The notes below the pieces were generated by a model. It was not told where the DNA came from, made no database searches, and saw only the letters and a program-made list of their open reading frames with translations. From positions 1 through 64,000 of the IMG/VR virus record IMGVR_UViG_3300025735_000004: 64,000 bases of DNA; one strand, written 5' to 3'. The translations under genes and the position numbers were made by a program. This DNA comes from a virus. Taxonomy: Duplodnaviria > Caudoviricetes. Numbering within the stretch: position 1 is the first letter of the stretch; each line of letters starts with the position of its first letter. Below are positions 63,501 through 64,000 of the stretch, piece after piece.

Positions 63501-64000
63501 GGCCAAGACCGTGAACTTCCTGATCATCTACGGTGGCCAGGCGTTCTCGATGGGCATGAAACTGGGTATCCCGGAAAGGGCCGCCCAGCAGATCATCGAC
63601 GGCGTGTTCGCCGGCTACCCACGGCTCGGCCCGTGGCAGCAGGAAACCATCGCCGAAGCCCGGCGGCAAGGCTACATCACCACGGCGTTTGGCACCCGCA
63701 AGCACTGCGACCCCAACATTCTCAGCCGTGACGGCTCGCTGCGTTCGCGTGCCGAACGGCAGACGGTCAACCACAAGGTGCAGGGCTGCGCCGCCGACAT
63801 CCTGAAAAAGGCCCTGACCAAGGCCCACCACACCCGTCTGTACGAAGAAACCCGCGCCCACCTGATCGCTCCGGTCTACGACGAGCTGACCAACAGCGTG
63901 CCGATCGACAACGTGTTTGAGTTCGTCGAGCGCGCCCAGGACTGCATGAACATCACCCCGCCAGGGCATGCGATTCCGATGCTGGCCGAGGTGTCGATCG
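60541..64000 (+). CDS. polA: Family A DNA polymerase with fused 5'-3' and 3'-5' exonuclease domains, runs off the right edge
   Basis: GTG 60541. 5'-exo: NYKAKR, VEADDVIG, VDRDLTQL, GDKTDEYGGV. 3'-exo: FDYET, HNARFE, YACDDA. Polymerase: motif A DFSGQELR, motif B RKMAKTVNFLIIYG, motif C VYDEL. Confidence 0.93.
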   Translation, partial: MKLNGLALLDVRGLLLHAYHRGTDPDAKLSPLTDKPVNSAGYGLRGFLDTYIIPLLSDFSPLNIIAVWDGGNTFRESLFANYKAKRHAEEKDPAVEAQLKKMFDMAKALLAYAGAFNVRVEGVEADDVIGAFCLHFPEVLKLVHTVDRDLTQLNDDNTTVLVKALPADDFEGYPTRYVRIYKSLVGDKTDEYGGVPQVGPVAFKFLVDTYGWDGIEQLEACVASNDYTFLLEACEATSCKVLRKIYESRSTWRLMYTLAGLHPELLYGAQGRTIIRPEWYVRLPDATKVLDLLTIAGDPSLFEHFAPHMPTMTLVTPENWPQVHAAYVEGLRDTPLASFDYETYDSLGHDWSAALPDSSRGYVDVLSQRLTGGSFTYGSNLQHTFYLPVLHKNTANLDKARLVDLLLDIEEARVDFVAHNARFEALVTKLTLNFQLEGPICTQMLGTYVDENLEQGLKAHARHWLKYDQVEYKELLAQHGARDMRDLTGEQVTHYACDDAFVAARLAVLFFLILKLEQQWDFAYNEDRYTLHPFNDSFETGVQLDYARLDELAAADAEVVKNNTERLHSLLAEHCNQISDIGAEGLKKAEGDNLLRLFIHDKLNRSQAQAKVAEAYERWRLGSVYVPYTETFTPAEFIATEKGFTRVAEKVGLPIVMESVSGKGVTAWLMTSQHHLKQHGSTDPRARMLVELVQAAAGEIRKREGEAFLTLKRFIETEVLHLDGVRVIEGDELNLNSPKQMQMLLYCKLQLPVRLRTFPQKGSRRDELGLEGNPSTNEDAMLAAMAEDCPEGDWRREVLQLLIGTKECMTRQSLYYAKYPHWRHPSTGVVHPGTRNNGTKTRRPAGSSLNILAVSKGPLRSIFLPRYKGHVIVSLDFSGQELRITGSEAKDPVLIQAYTSLPSYLDDDGMLRARFQDIHSVTGCTFAAKVLEQQLGGDILKRLSFNSAGTMDYEQFVSLLKEGEHLYELAGDQALPLGKAIIKIRKMAKTVNFLIIYGGQAFSMGMKLGIPERAAQQIIDGVFAGYPRLGPWQQETIAEARRQGYITTAFGTRKHCDPNILSRDGSLRSRAERQTVNHKVQGCAADILKKALTKAHHTRLYEETRAHLIAPVYDELTNSVPIDNVFEFVERAQDCMNITPPGHAIPMLAEVSI

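Noticed and set aside
55930-63969. Long minus-strand ORFs (552, 548, 294, 289, 272 aa)
   Set aside because: Antisense to primase-helicase, helicase and polA, which carry clear motifs.
1-64000. Reverse transcriptase/DGR, retron, cas, rRNA or IS transposase genes
   Set aside because: No YxDD RT, Cas, DDE or rRNA signatures recognised in the ORF track or sequence.

Overview
The window is part of a large, GC-rich temperate siphovirus-like element. MvaT-, AmrZ- and RsmA-like genes point to a Pseudomonas-type host. It looks like a phage-plasmid: it has a RepL-type initiator with a helically phased palindromic iteron-like array, a ParA plus ribbon-helix-helix (RHH) partition pair and a small serine resolvase, and no integrase is visible in the window. 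Layout: (1) 1-21.6 kb, minus-strand late region: tape measure, tail, neck, capsid, S49 protease, portal, lambda gpA-like terminase, GH108 endolysin and fibre-like genes placed upstream of the terminase. (2) 22-28.3 kb, plus strand: a structured non-coding stretch, csrA, two stand-alone CapW-like wHTH genes, vWA, HicA-like, XRE, rep. (3) 28.5-30.4 kb, minus strand: a coiled-coil gene and five small paralogues. (4) 31.4-54.8 kb, plus-strand early/accessory region: resolvase, radC, DUF932, parA, two MvaT-like genes, AmrZ-like. (5) 55-64 kb, replisome: primase-helicase, SF2 helicase, SSB candidate and a PolI-like polymerase. The most notable unexplained signals are eight dispersed RTTCAYR heptad arrays (probable parS/operator network), the sensor-less CapW-like repressor pair, two candidate structured ncRNAs (one tRNA-like), a set of host global-regulator mimics, and the five-paralogue array. 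All family assignments come from motif recognition by eye; no database search was run.
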